Under the pieces are notes generated by a model. The model ran no database searches and had not been told where the DNA came from. It saw only the letters and a list, made by a program, of their open reading frames with translations. This document shows positions 1 to 11,944 of a DNA stretch of 64,000 nucleotides, piece after piece. The first letter of the stretch is position 1. Each line of letters begins with the position of its first letter. Both the position numbers and the translations under genes were made by a program. Source of the DNA: Octopus sinensis (taxonomy: Eukaryota); assembly GCF_006345805.1 (NCBI RefSeq), contig NC_042998.1:126542001-126606000 (forward strand), in the 5' to 3' direction.

Positions 1-375
1 AGGACGACCTGCTGTGCTTAACTTGGATCGTAGGGCAACCTGCTGTAATTGAGGAGACCTACTGAGTCAAGTACATCAACATCAAAATAAAAATCAAATG
101 AAAATTGTAGTTGTGATACCTGTGTCGGTGGCATGTAAAAAGCACCAACTGATCATGGCCATTGCCAGCCTCCCCTGGCACCTGTGCTGGTGGCATGTAA
201 AAAGCACCCACTACACTCACAGAGTGGTTGGCGGTAGGAAGGGCATCCAGCTGTAGAAACACTGCCAGATCAAACTGGAGCCTGGTGCAGCCTCCTGGCT
301 TCCTAGACCCTGGTCAAACCGTCCAACCCATGCTAGCATGGAAAACAGACGTTAAACGATGATGATGATGATGAT
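1..375 (+). mobile_element. SINE/non-LTR 3' fragment with (GAT)n tail (RTE-type tail)
   Basis: ...GGTAGGAAGGGCATCCAGCTGTAGAAAC...CCGTCCAACCCATGCTAGCATGGAAAACAGACGTTAAAC followed by (GAT)n at ~358-375; internal duplicated GGTGGCATGTAAAAAGCACC motif. Confidence 0.6.
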
Positions 376-2139
376 TGTTAAGGCAGTAGAGCAGCCAAAA
401 AAAAAAGAGACTTGTATGTATAATTTAGCTATGTTCCTATGTTCTGAGATCAAATCTTGGTTGATACTCATATTGCTTTCCATTCCCTGTTGCCAGGACC
501 TATCGAAATTAGGTAGAGGTAAGGAACTGATTATACCCCTTCCCTAAAAATTTGTGGATTTTTACTAACGCTAGAAAAGGGTCATCATTCACATCTTCAC
601 TAATTTGATCATCACAAGCCAGTGAGAGAATTTCTAGAAATTGTCCAAAATCTCTCTCTGATCAGACCTATCATCTTTGAAAAAAAGAACAATATATTGG
701 ATAATGTAGTCTAAAAATAAACAGTATAGAAAGACTTATTGGTCACAAGTAGAGTGTCTTTAATCATAGGCCAGCTTGATGCAGAGCTGACATAGGGCTA
801 AATGGTACACCACTGCAGCTGCCATTTTTATCACATTTTTATTACATTGTCATTGTAATTATTATTGCTAGTATTGTTATTCCCATTTCTCACCAGTTAA
901 ATTGGTCTTTATAAAGTAACCGGGTCTCAATTAGAGACCTAAACTTCACTGGAAGAATTTATTCCCAAGTCTATAACCTTCTTCATTTGTTTGGCACAGG
1001 ATTTGCTGGGGAGTTGCTTGAGGTGTCTGTTGAATTCTTTAAGTTTACCAAGAGCTTGTATAACAATTGGCATTATTTCCTTTTTAGTGTCTCACTTCTT
1101 TTGATTTTAATAGCCAATCTGCAACAGTTATTAGTCTTCTTGATGTCATTTATTAAAAGATTAGCATCATCTTTAGCAGCTACATTAATGAGACTATGTT
1201 CTTCATTGTTTTCTCTTAGATTACTAAAGCTGTTACTTTGCCTTTTCTATGTTGACAGATATGGTCTACAAAATTTTATGTTACCAATGTTTGCAGCCAT
1301 ACTTGAAACATGCTTAAATAAGCACGCAGTCATCTCAAGCTATAGATCCTTGCAAATCAACCATGTTATTTTTTTTTTGTGTGCCTGCATAAATATTCTT
1401 TAGGCGTTAAAGTAATCTAATTGTGTGACATACACCCTCATTAGAAGTGTGGCCTACAGGGCATTTGTTATTAATATTTTTATCTTAGAAATACACATTT
1501 GGTAAAATATTCAAAATCTGGTCTTGTACTATGAACAGTATCTTCCCAGTTCTTTTATTTTGACTAAAACTATGGATGTGATCTTGTTTCTACATGAAGC
1601 ATAGGTTTTGCTTTTAAGATATTACTCTGCATCCTTCCCATCTGTTCACGAAATTTGTGGCCTTGGGCCTCTGTCAGAAACAACTGCTAGTAGTAGTGGT
1701 GGTACTACTGCTGCTGCTGCTACTACTACTACTACTACATTTGGGAAGATGGGAATATAATTGTTTAAGTTGAGACTCCCATGCAACTGGTACTTATTTT
1801 ATTGATCCTGGAAGTGAACCCTGGTGGTAAGATTTGAATTCAAAATGTAAAGGGACATAACTAAAGCATTCAACCTGGAATTCTGTTGGTTCTACTATAT
1901 CTCCACTTACATTATTATTAGTAGCAGTAATAATGTGTGGCAGAGATAGCAAAGACAGTATAGCACTGGACTAGGTACTTTACTGAAATTAGTTTATACT
2001 TGATTGGTTTTTGACTTCTTTGCCATCTGAGATCAATAAAATAAGTTCCTGCAATATATATTGCATGTATCTGACCTTTTAACCAAAAAAGAAATCCTCA
2101 CTGTTGGTTTTGTATGGTTAAGACAACGGAGCTGATTAA

Positions 2140-2625
2140 ATGTGCAACAAAGAAGAACAGAGAGCAGTGGTCTGAGAGATGGTTATGGTGAACCAGTTCA
2201 CCATTACCATCTTTTGAGGTAGCTGAATCTTCTTGTCAGTGGTGGAGGTTGACAGGTGTTCTGCTCATTCTTTGTGTCACGCCTGTCCAGCCACTTTTAA
2301 ACTTCTCAATCCACTCATACCCACTTCTACACAGTTGTGCACTGTCCCTGTATTGTGCTAAAAGCCTCTGATGAATTTCAGCACCCGACACACCTTCCGA
2401 CCAGAGAAATTAGATCACTGCTCTTTGTTCTTCTTTGGTGAACATTGCTAGTGGAGTGGTCATGCTTATACTGTAAAGCCAGTAAGAAAAATGGTGCAAT
2501 CAGGCTCAAATTTTGATCACATGACCACAATAGTACCAACTATAAGCACACATGCACAGATGGCAGTGTGATAATAATAAAGGTATTATGGCAAAAGTGT
2601 GGATAATTTTTGACTTCCCCTTGTA
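2140..2625 (-). mobile_element. Degenerate mariner transposon 5' fragment
   Basis: Minus strand reads TKEEQRAVI*FLWSEGVSGAEIHQRLLAQYRDSAQLCRSGYEWIEKFKSG (mariner N-terminal HTH region); end TTTTTGACTTCCCCTTG-TA at ~2607-2625 resembles a mariner TIR plus TA. Confidence 0.7.
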
Positions 2626-3530
2626 GAATTGATGTTTGCAAATTAAATAAACAAATAAACCAAAAAAAAGTTGTACACAATCAAAAGAAATAATTTATAT
2701 TAGGGCAGTGGACAATTCTTTATGGGTTGAGTAAATGCTCAACTGTTAAGGTTTAGATATCCTAACTGAGAATTCAAATTCTGCTTGGTTTGTCTTTGAG
2801 TTTCATCTCTACAAAAATGATAAAATGAGTATTTGTAAGATAATACAGTTGATTTAGTCTATCTAAACTCAAAAGATATTTCTTTCCCCTTTTAGTTCCC
2901 CCTGTCGCAGTAAACATGTCATGAAGTACATGAGTTAGCTTCATAGTTTCAGAAAAAGAAACAAAATTTGTATGCAGGCACACATGCAAGTGTGTGTGTG
3001 TGTTCTTAGTAATAGTTCTCAAATCTTGCCTATGTGGTAGCTAACTGCTCAATACGTCAATGTTTAAGTATTGATTTCTTTGACAGAAGAACATGAATTT
3101 ATAAAGGGAAGTTACGGTCACTTGTATCGATCTCGGTACATGATTGATACTCTTTTATTGAAGTAAGAATCATGACCTATAAAGTTAATTTTAGTAAGAT
3201 TTGAACTCAGAAACTGAAACAACATACTGTAAATTTTATACTATATAGTTTCTTCCTTTTTATGATATTCATCAATGTTTAATAATATTATGTAGCTTAT
3301 GTTAGTTTTTAATTTAAAGTTCATTGGTAGCTTATAAACCTCATAAAATACTAATTAAGTCTGTAGCACTGGCTGTTAACTACAAATTAGTAATCCATGA
3401 CAGATTTGTTGAGCATGATGTTGATGACAGCAGAAGTTTACAATATTGTTGTTTAGTAAATTAGTTTAATTCAATACTTCTCATCTGATTTATTATATGC
3501 TAATCAACTCCCTTTTTTATTAACTTTCAG

Positions 3531-3674
3531 GAAAAAGAGTTAAAGATTTTCAAAGAACAACAAAGGCAGGACATGAAGCTCTTAAAACAAGAATTAGACC
3601 TTCTACCGAAAGATACTAAAAAAGAATCATTACGGAAGCGAAAAGAAGAAAAGGAAATTGAATTGGCAGATAAG
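3531..3674 (+). CDS. SLK: SLK/STK10-family kinase, C-terminal coiled-coil exon (EKELKIFKEQ...ELADK)
   Basis: ttcag| acceptor, |gtagtt donor, 144 nt, phase 0-0; matches the SLK/LOK/Slik coiled-coil region; upstream exons not found in window. Confidence 0.9.
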
Positions 3675-4286
3675 GTAGTTTTTTCTTTTTCTTTGGCTTT
3701 AAAAAAAATGTTTTGAATTTGTTTTAGTTTTCATTATTTCAAAGGTTTGCAAATGTAGTCATTAGTAAAGTTTGTCATAGTTGGGATGAGGTGGGGGGAT
3801 TATTTCTCAGCCAGGTACACTTAAACATGTGGAATGAAGTGCCTTGTTATAGCTTCCTATAATATCTATTTTCTAATTAACTTACTGAGTATTCACATAA
3901 CACTGAGCCATCCTGTTAATAGCAGCCTCACAATAATCACTATCACATAATGCCTTGCCCTTCTCCTTGAATTCATCATACTCTTAAAAGTTTTATTACA
4001 CTCTGTCATCTGATCTCGGTTACTTTGGTAGCTCAACTAGCCAATCTAGCTGTGCACTATCCCTATTTTAGTCATTCTTTAACTTTGTTCAGTTAATCTT
4101 TCATTGTGAAGACTCTTAATTGCTTTCTTTTCTTTTCCTGTAAGTTAATCCATATTTTGGACACCTCACTGGTATTCCAGTTACTTCTGGCACACTCCCA
4201 TACTTTCAACTATTTCATGTTAGTCATTTTCCTAGTGTAGAAACTTTGCAGACCATTTGTCTATGTACAAACCTGATGTGTTGTTA

Positions 4287-4422
4287 ATAATTCTTTTACT
4301 TGTTTGAGTCATTTTGACTGCGGCCATGCTGGAGCACCGCCTTTAGTCGAGCAAATCGACCCCGGGACTTATTCTTTGTAAGCCCAGTACTTATTCTATC
4401 GGTCTCTTTTGCCGAACCGCTA
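4287..4422 (-). mobile_element. tRNA-derived SINE family B, 3' fragment (intronic)
   Basis: TTTTACTTGTTTGAGTCATTTTGACTGCGGCCATGCTGGAGCACCGCC shared with copies at ~37600, ~41000 and ~51650. Confidence 0.75.
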
Positions 4423-4638
4423 TTCAATTTTTTTTTTTTGCTTTTTTTTTTTAAATCGGCACTGACTGAATGAGTGACTCATGATCATAATAATGTAATT
4501 GAATCTCAGAACCCTTATTACCAGCATTATATATTCCTAATGTTGCATGTTTTATCATCAGATGTGGTTTCTTTTTTAGAAGTTACATCAATTGTCAACA
4601 ATGTTTATTACATATCTTACCAATGTTTGATTTCTCAG

Positions 4639-4768
4639 GAACGCCAGTTTTTAGAGAACCAAAGAGAAAGAATGGAAAAACATATGAAACAATTAACTGA
4701 CCAGCACCGACAGAAGATAGCTTTATTGGAGAGTCAATACCTTCAACAGAAACAGCAACTTCTGCGAG
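4639..4768 (+). CDS. SLK: SLK exon (ERQFLENQRE...KQQLLR)
   Basis: ctcag| acceptor, |gtaatt donor, 130 nt, phase 0-1; resembles SLK KQQLMR segment. Confidence 0.92.
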
Positions 4769-5541
4769 GTAATTCTAAACATCTATTTCTAAGATCTGTG
4801 TATGTGTGTGTGAATGTACTCATACATATGCATGTTTGTGTCACTTAACACTTGTATGTGTGTGAATGTCTCTATGTTGTATGTGTGTTTATGTAATGTA
4901 CTGTCTCCTCTGAAACTGTCTTATTTCAATTCCTTTCTTATTACAATTATTGTATATTCCTTTCCTCTCTTCACTCACATGTTCAAGCACATGTACATGT
5001 GAATGCACACATATACATGCATATGTTATTGCTCCACTCATGCATATAATATGACCACACACACATGGGCCAATGAGGCAGCATTGTATGGTTTCTTGAC
5101 TTGTTATAAATAGCAACAAATCTCAGTCAGATCATACCAGACCATCTTTCAAAAAACATATTGGATGGTGAAGTCCTGGATTCAGTGTTTCTAAAAACAA
5201 AAGTCAGGACTGTCATAGTCAGAACACCTTTGAACATAGACTTACTAAATAAGGGCTCAGCAACAGGAAAAATATGCTGCACACAAAAACCTGTATACAT
5301 AGATGCAGGGAAATGTATCCATATTGAAATGCACAAAATTGCACGTGGACAAATATGTTGTTTACCATATACATGCATACACATACATGAACAGGTGCAT
5401 GTACACACACGCACACACCATGCACATATATATGTTGAAGGACACTTACTTGTGCAGCTAATAACCTATAAACATTAAGTATATGAGCTCTTCAAAAGCT
5501 GTCTATTGAATTCTATTAATTTCTGAATTGTTATGTTTTAG

Positions 5542-5666
5542 CTCGAGAAGCTGCTTTATGGGAAATGGAAAAGAACCAACTCCATGATAAACACCAACAA
5601 GAGAAAGGTCAGCTGAAAGACTTGTTCTTCCTTAAAAGACATCAAATGCTTAACCGGCATGTAAAG
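5542..5666 (+). CDS. SLK: SLK exon (AREAALWEMEKNQLHDKHQ...QLKDLFFLKRHQMLNRHVK)
   Basis: tttag| acceptor, |gtaaaa donor, 125 nt, phase 1-0; close to SLK AREAAIWE...QLKDQYFMQRHQLLKRHEK. Confidence 0.95.
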
Positions 5667-6033
5667 GTAAAATCATTGATTTAAGCATTTTGATTTTTTT
5701 TCGTTTAGGCTATATTTTACAATAATAACAATTTTCAGTCTCATCTTTACCACCTTTTGCCCCTTAAGGATCACCTTCAGATTAATAATCATCACCAGCT
5801 CAATCTTATCCCCTTTAGTCTTCTTCATCATCACCATCCCCTTTAATCTTCCTCATCATCACCGTCTTCATTAATTTTCCTCATCATCACCATTAGCCTC
5901 AGTATATAACCTTGCAACTTCTTTGTTTAGTCTCTAAGTCCTTTTTTTTTGGCCTTTTTACTTGCTGAATCTATGTATTTCATAGTCTAATCCATGTTCT
6001 GTAGTTTTGAATTGGTACATGTCTCTCTCTCAG

Positions 6034-6222
6034 GAAATTGAACAAATGAAACGAAGTAATGCAGCCAAGGAAGAAGAAGTTCAGCGCTACCAAATTCTTG
6101 ACAAGAGGCGCCATCCAAAAGTGATTAAGAGCCAATCAAAAATCCGTGCCCAGATGTTCAAACAGAGTTTACGGCTGAGCACCGTTGGAACACCTGAAGA
6201 AGACAGAGTCAAGATGAAACAG
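6034..6222 (+). CDS. SLK: SLK exon (EIEQMKR...RAQMFKQSLRLSTVGTPEEDRVKMKQ)
   Basis: ctcag| acceptor, |gtaaga donor, 189 nt, phase 0-0; matches SLK MFKKSLRI segment. Confidence 0.93.
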
Positions 6223-7744
6223 GTAAGATAATTGTTTCTTTCATATTTCTAGTATTCTATTTACATGTTTAGTTGGAATTTTGTTTTTCATTAATTTAAC
6301 CATTAGATGATATCAATTATTTTATTAATTAGATTTTACTGAGTGAAGTTATAAATTCTTATAGAAACTGTGCCTTGGCAGAATTACTGGGCTATTTTGT
6401 TTTGTCTCTTTCTGTCTTGAATTGAAATCACACTTGAGTTAACTTTGCTTTGTCATCCCCTGGGAGGGTTGTTTAAAATAAATTCCACTCATTGAATCAA
6501 TGCGCTACATGAACATGTTTCCTTGTGTTAACGTTAGAAATTATAATTTTATTCTTTCTCTGAAGGTTAGTAAAATTATCCCTTTGTTGAATGTGCAATT
6601 AATTAATATTTATCTTGCACAGATCTGTGGAATCACTCGCTTGATTTTTTTTTTTTGTATTTGCATACATCTATTAATGAGCACATGAATCTCTCCACAC
6701 ATTGGCATCAAGAAAGGCCCCCTGCTTCTGCCAGCTACCCCTACTGTATAGTTTTATGGTAACGCTGAAAGCCACTGAAGCCTGTCAAAGTGTACAGTGT
6801 TCTTACAACTTACAGTCATGAGCTATGCTTCCATATGGTGCCTATTTGTAGACAGATGGACCAAGCCTTGTGAGAATGGTCATTGCCATGGTCACAGTGA
6901 AATGGCTAAGAATGATTGCTACTGTCATTGAATGTTACTTTATTTCACTAATTGCTTTAGATATTAGCTCTGTGTTATGTTACATTACCATACTGAATTA
7001 TAATGAAGTGAATTGACAATATTTATTCTTACTACATCTCTTGTAATCTCACTGAGGCTACTTTGCCTTTCATCCTTCTAGGGTTGATAAATAAAGTGCT
7101 CATCTCAAACAGTGGACCAATAGAATCATTAGTGTAGGAAGTGATGCTTTGTGGAGTTTGTTCTGAATTTTGTGTTTAAAGTTCAAATCCTGTTTTGGCC
7201 TACTTGTGTTATAGATTTAATGCATTGCACTGGGTCCTTGGGTGCCTTTAGTTGAATCCACTTTGATGAGAACATCCAGACTAAATATTCAGTTTGGAGA
7301 AACATTTCTCCCTCCTTTCCATCAGTTTCAGACATTCTAGAAAGGCTCAGAGGCATGGCACTTTCTCATTACTAAAATAAATAAATGCCAACTCTCTGAA
7401 CAATTATTTGCTTGTTTTCTTGACATTTCCCTTTTGATTGAATTCAATCTCTTGACTAATGATCTAATTAGTATCTATTTGTGGAAAATGATGTATGTAT
7501 GTGTGTGAGTAGGAGAGTGAAGGAGAGAGGCTTGTGTATTGCCTGTGAGAATGTGGTTATAAAAAGACTACACCCTTGTTATAGCTTCGATTTTTATGTA
7601 GCTGTTACATAGTGTAGTGTGACATTGTTGAAAAGTAGGTACTCTGTTGTTTAGCATTACCCACAACCTTCCATATGCATAGATGGTGACTGAGCTGATT
7701 TTTTTTTCTTGCATTTACACTGTTGCATTTTCCTTTGGTTACAG

Positions 7745-7870
7745 TTTGAAGAAAATGAAAAGAAACGGATGAAATCTGAGTTTGCACGTCTAGAAGCTAA
7801 ACACAAGAAGCAATGGGATAAATTGCTCTTGGACAATGAGACCGCTCTCAAGGAGTTGGAACAAATACAG
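7745..7870 (+). CDS. SLK: SLK exon (FEENEKKR...LKELEQIQ)
   Basis: tacag| acceptor, |gtaact donor, 126 nt, phase 0-0. Confidence 0.92.
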
Positions 7871-8497
7871 GTAACTTAAAGCAGTTTTAATTTTAATGGT
7901 GATTGTGATGGTTGAGGGACAATGTAAACTAAATTGGGTTAGTAATATATCTATGAAATAAAAGCATTCCCCATAGTCTGTGCAAGTCCTTAGGGGAAGG
8001 GAGGGAATTATTGAGATGAATAATTTGATCAAGACCAAGGCAGCAGAATCAAATGAAGCTCAATCCAGAAAGGGAATTTTTGCCAATCAGGTTTTCTTAT
8101 GAATGTGACTTTGGGTTCTAGTAAATGTTAGTATTGACAAGCAATGCTTGAAGACATATTTTGGTATCAGACGGCAGCTTGAGTATAAGTTGATCAATAT
8201 AGTATAAATATAATGGTTGTAAATGGTAGCTAATATGGTGGTATGTATGGACATATGATGTTAGTGAATGGTTTGTAGAATAGAGATGACGTTGGTATAG
8301 ATATGATGGTGGTATGTGGTGGGCTAGGATAGTAGTGTTTGTAGTGGTGAGTGTGACATGGACATGTGATTGTTGTGGATGGTAACAAGGACAGCAATAA
8401 GTGGAGTGGGGTTGTGTTTGTGGGAATGTGATGTAATGATTTGTAGCTAGGATAGAGATCAATCATGAGAATACTCCATAAATATTTTTCTATTCAG

Positions 8498-8611
8498 GCT
8501 GAGAAACGCAAGATGTTGATGGAGCATGAAACTCAAAAGATTAAAGAATTAGATGACCAGTATCAAAATGAACTACGTAAATGGAAAAGTGAGTTGATTC
8601 CGCGGAAACAG
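8498..8611 (+). CDS. SLK: SLK exon (AEKRKMLMEHETQKIKELD...LIPRKQ)
   Basis: ttcag| acceptor, |gtaagt donor, 114 nt; EHETQK.KELD and PRK are conserved in SLK/STK10. Confidence 0.95.
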
Positions 8612-8758
8612 GTAAGTCAATGCATTGGATCTTTCAATATGACAGTAATTTTAATGACTAAATCGTTCATTATATAATATTTGCTTGAGTTTTTTAATTG
8701 AATCTTTGATTTACTGCTTTGTTTCAAGCTCTTAAATTTGTAATTTTATTTTATGCAG

Positions 8759-8914
8759 AAACTAGAAGAAGAGTTTTTCCACCAGAAAGAAGATCAAGAA
8801 AAGTTTTATGGTAACACATTAGGTTCAGGTGATGGCAACTCTGAATCGAGTCTCAGTCCTGGAAGTCTACGAAAGAAGGATTCTTCCTCAGTTCGGCACT
8901 CAACAATTATATAG
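8759..8914 (+). CDS. SLK: SLK terminal coding exon (KLEEEF...RHSTII*)
   Basis: tgcag| acceptor, LEEEF motif, TAG at 8912-8914. Confidence 0.92.
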   Translation, partial: KLEEEFFHQKEDQEKFYGNTLGSGDGNSESSLSPGSLRKKDSSSVRHSTII

Positions 8915-10376
8915 GAGGAATTCTTCCTTTTCATCACTTTCAACCCAGAGATTCCTATGTAAAAATAATGATAATTTTAATAATGATGATATGATAATAA
9001 TAATTATAATAATAACATAATAAATATATTAATGATGATGAAAAATAAAGGACAAGAAGAAGAAAAGAATGTGCTATAACCCCTCTCCTCTTTCAGTTAA
9101 ACTGTCAGACACAAGTCTGTAATAGTTTGTAAGTATTTGATTGTATGAATGAAAGTGGAGCCCTCATCCCATCGATGGCTGTTTACTTGATCAGTTGATT
9201 AATTCCCCTAAATCATATTGATTGCAATCTTGAAAGCCTCATCTTCCTTATGCCTGTTATATACCCCCACCTTTTGTTATAGGCTGTTTTTATTTTAACC
9301 ATGATAAAAGCTTTCAGTTTAAAACTGAAGTTTGTTCTTTTTTTACATGTTTTTTTCTTGTTCTGTTACACTGGAAAAATAAAACAAAACACTCACACAC
9401 GCACACACACACACATGTACACACACATACACACACACATACATTCTGAATACATGCCTGTTTACCTATCTACTTATCTTTGTGGTAAGAATTCTGTTTC
9501 TTGCAGAAATATTTTGTTAACATTCAACCTGTAAAAGTTTCCAGTAACTTCTGTATGATTTAATAAAAGCTAACTAAATTGTTGATCACTTATGTACAGA
9601 TTTTATCCTGTGTTTCACAAACATATGTCTGCTTGTCAAATTATATTCATCTTTGTGTCTTTTGCAATTGAAAATTTGGGTTGTAGGGGAAAAGTGCAAA
9701 GGATTTTTGGGGGTAAAAAATGTTGATATTGTTGGCAAATGATGCTTTTAGCTGTGTATTGGTTTATTGAAATGTATTTTAATCTGTGATCTTCTTTATG
9801 AAATAGTTCATTCTTTTGTCAGTTTTAGAGTAAGTTGGGCATTCCAGCATTGAAAACAGTTCATTCAGGTTTTGATGGGCTGCAAAATCAGTTTGTTTGT
9901 GTGTGTGTGTGTTGTGTGTGTGTGTGTGTTCATGCATATATATATATATATGATGATATACATATATATTTCAATGACTTAAACTGATATGTGTGTATGT
10001 GTGTGTGCATGTTTGTATATGTGTATATGCATGTACATTATTGTTGTTATTAATTGTATTAGAAATCAATTAAAGCAAGGTATTCAGTACACCAAGAAGA
10101 GTATAGTAATTTATTTAATAAGAAGTGACTCTTGCAATATTAATTATTCTGGTTAGAATAATGGAAAATTCATCAGAAAGTTGGACAACATTAGTAATGG
10201 CAATTACTCCCCCACATACCCATGTGAGACTGGACAAGACAGTTAGTAGTCTTGTCTAAGCCCACTTAAACACAAACTTATATAAGTGAGGTACCATCAT
10301 GGATATTCCATTCTCTGATGAAATTCCATGAATGTCACAGAACTATTCCTGTCAGTCACTTTTCATTAAATAAAAA

Positions 10377-10436
<60 letters not shown>

Positions 10437-10999
10437 ATATATGCACATACATGTTCACACACACATGCATTTTTATTTCTTTTCTGTTATAACATTTCAA
10501 TAAAACTGAGCAGAGTTCAAGAATCTAATTTTAATTTTTTTATTTTAATATTTCACTATATTGACAACTATTTTCACTTTCAATTTTATCTTTCTTTTTT
10601 ATTTTGCTTAAAGACGGTCTGTGACCTCTTAGAATAGTGGCTTATGAAGAATATTTTTCCTTAAAAAAGAAAAAAAAAAAACCCTTTAAAAAATGCCCCC
10701 AAAAGTCTTGGATTAATCTATTGATTTATTTTTTTTCTTACTAGATTAGAATTTATATGTGCAAATGTGACCATGTCAATGATGTTTTCTTTGTATATCT
10801 TCATTTCTCTGAAGTGTGGTAATTTAATATTGCACTATAATAATAATAATAATAATTATTATTATTTTTAATACTACTACGACTATTGTTGTTCTAGATT
10901 TTAAATAGTTTTGCAATGGTGTAAAATTGATAGCTTCTTTGTGGTACTTGGGCTTGATTCAAGGACTTATTATTATTATTATGATTATTATCATTAAGC

Positions 11000-11935
11000 C
11001 AGTTTGCTGGCAGAATCATTAGCACTCCGGACAAAATGCTTAGTGACATTTTGTCTGTCTTTATGTTCTGAGTTCAAATGTTGCTGAGTGAGGTCAACTT
11101 TGCCTTTCATCGTTTTGGAGTTGATAAAATAAGTACCAGTTGAGTACTGAGATCAATGTAATTGACTTTCACCCTCTCCTGAAATTACTGGCCTGATGCC
11201 AAAATTTAAAACCACCATCATTATTATTATTATTATTATTAAGGCAGTGAGCTGGCAGAATTGTTTGCATGCTGGACGAAATGCTTAGTGGTATTTTACC
11301 TGTCGCTACATTCTGAGTTTGAATTCTGCTGAGGTTGACTTTGCCTTTCATCCTTTTGGGGGTCGATAAATTAAGTACCAGTGAAACACTGGGGTCGATG
11401 AAATCAACTTATCCTCTCCCCCAGGATTGCTGCCTTTGTAGAAAAATTTGAAACTATTATCATCATCATCATCATCATCATCATTATTATTATTATTATT
11501 ATTCAGAGTGTCAGAAGAAATGCTTTGCAATATTTCTTTCAGTTCTTTATGTTCTGAGTTTAAGCCCTGTTTTAGCCAACATTGTCTTTCATCCTTTTAG
11601 GTTTGATAAAGGAAATACCAGTTGAGTACTGGTATTCATTTATTTGATGTAATTGACTAATGCCCTCCTTTTACAATTACTGGCCTTGTGTCAAAATTTG
11701 AAACAATTTTCATTATTATTACTACTACTACTATTATTATTATTATTATTATTTGGAATGGCAGAGAGAGTAGGGAAGACATTTAATGCTCTCACATAAA
11801 ATCCTGCCAGAAATAACTTTGCCTTTTAATCATATGGCATCAATAAATTTGACCCAGTTATGCACTGAGGTCAATAAAATCGAGTACATCCCTTTCATAA
11901 AATGGTAGACGTGCCAAAATTAGAAATCATTATTG
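11000..11935 (+). mobile_element. Cluster of four degenerate family A SINEs
   Basis: Repeated TGGCAGAAT...GTTCTGAGTTCAAAT...TTTGCCTTTCATC...AAGTACCAG...AAATTTGAAAC units, each followed by (ATT)n. Confidence 0.75.
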
Positions 11936-11944
11936 ATATTGTTA

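Noticed and set aside
987-1403. 138-aa + strand ORF inside an SLK intron
   Set aside because: Hydrophobic, antisense-like composition with no convincing splice sites or recognisable family. The opposite strand reads more protein-like but has stops; probably an old TE remnant.
9019-10510. Several AATAAA hexamers after the SLK stop
   Set aside because: Multiple candidates in AT-rich sequence; the true polyadenylation site cannot be chosen without 3'-end data.
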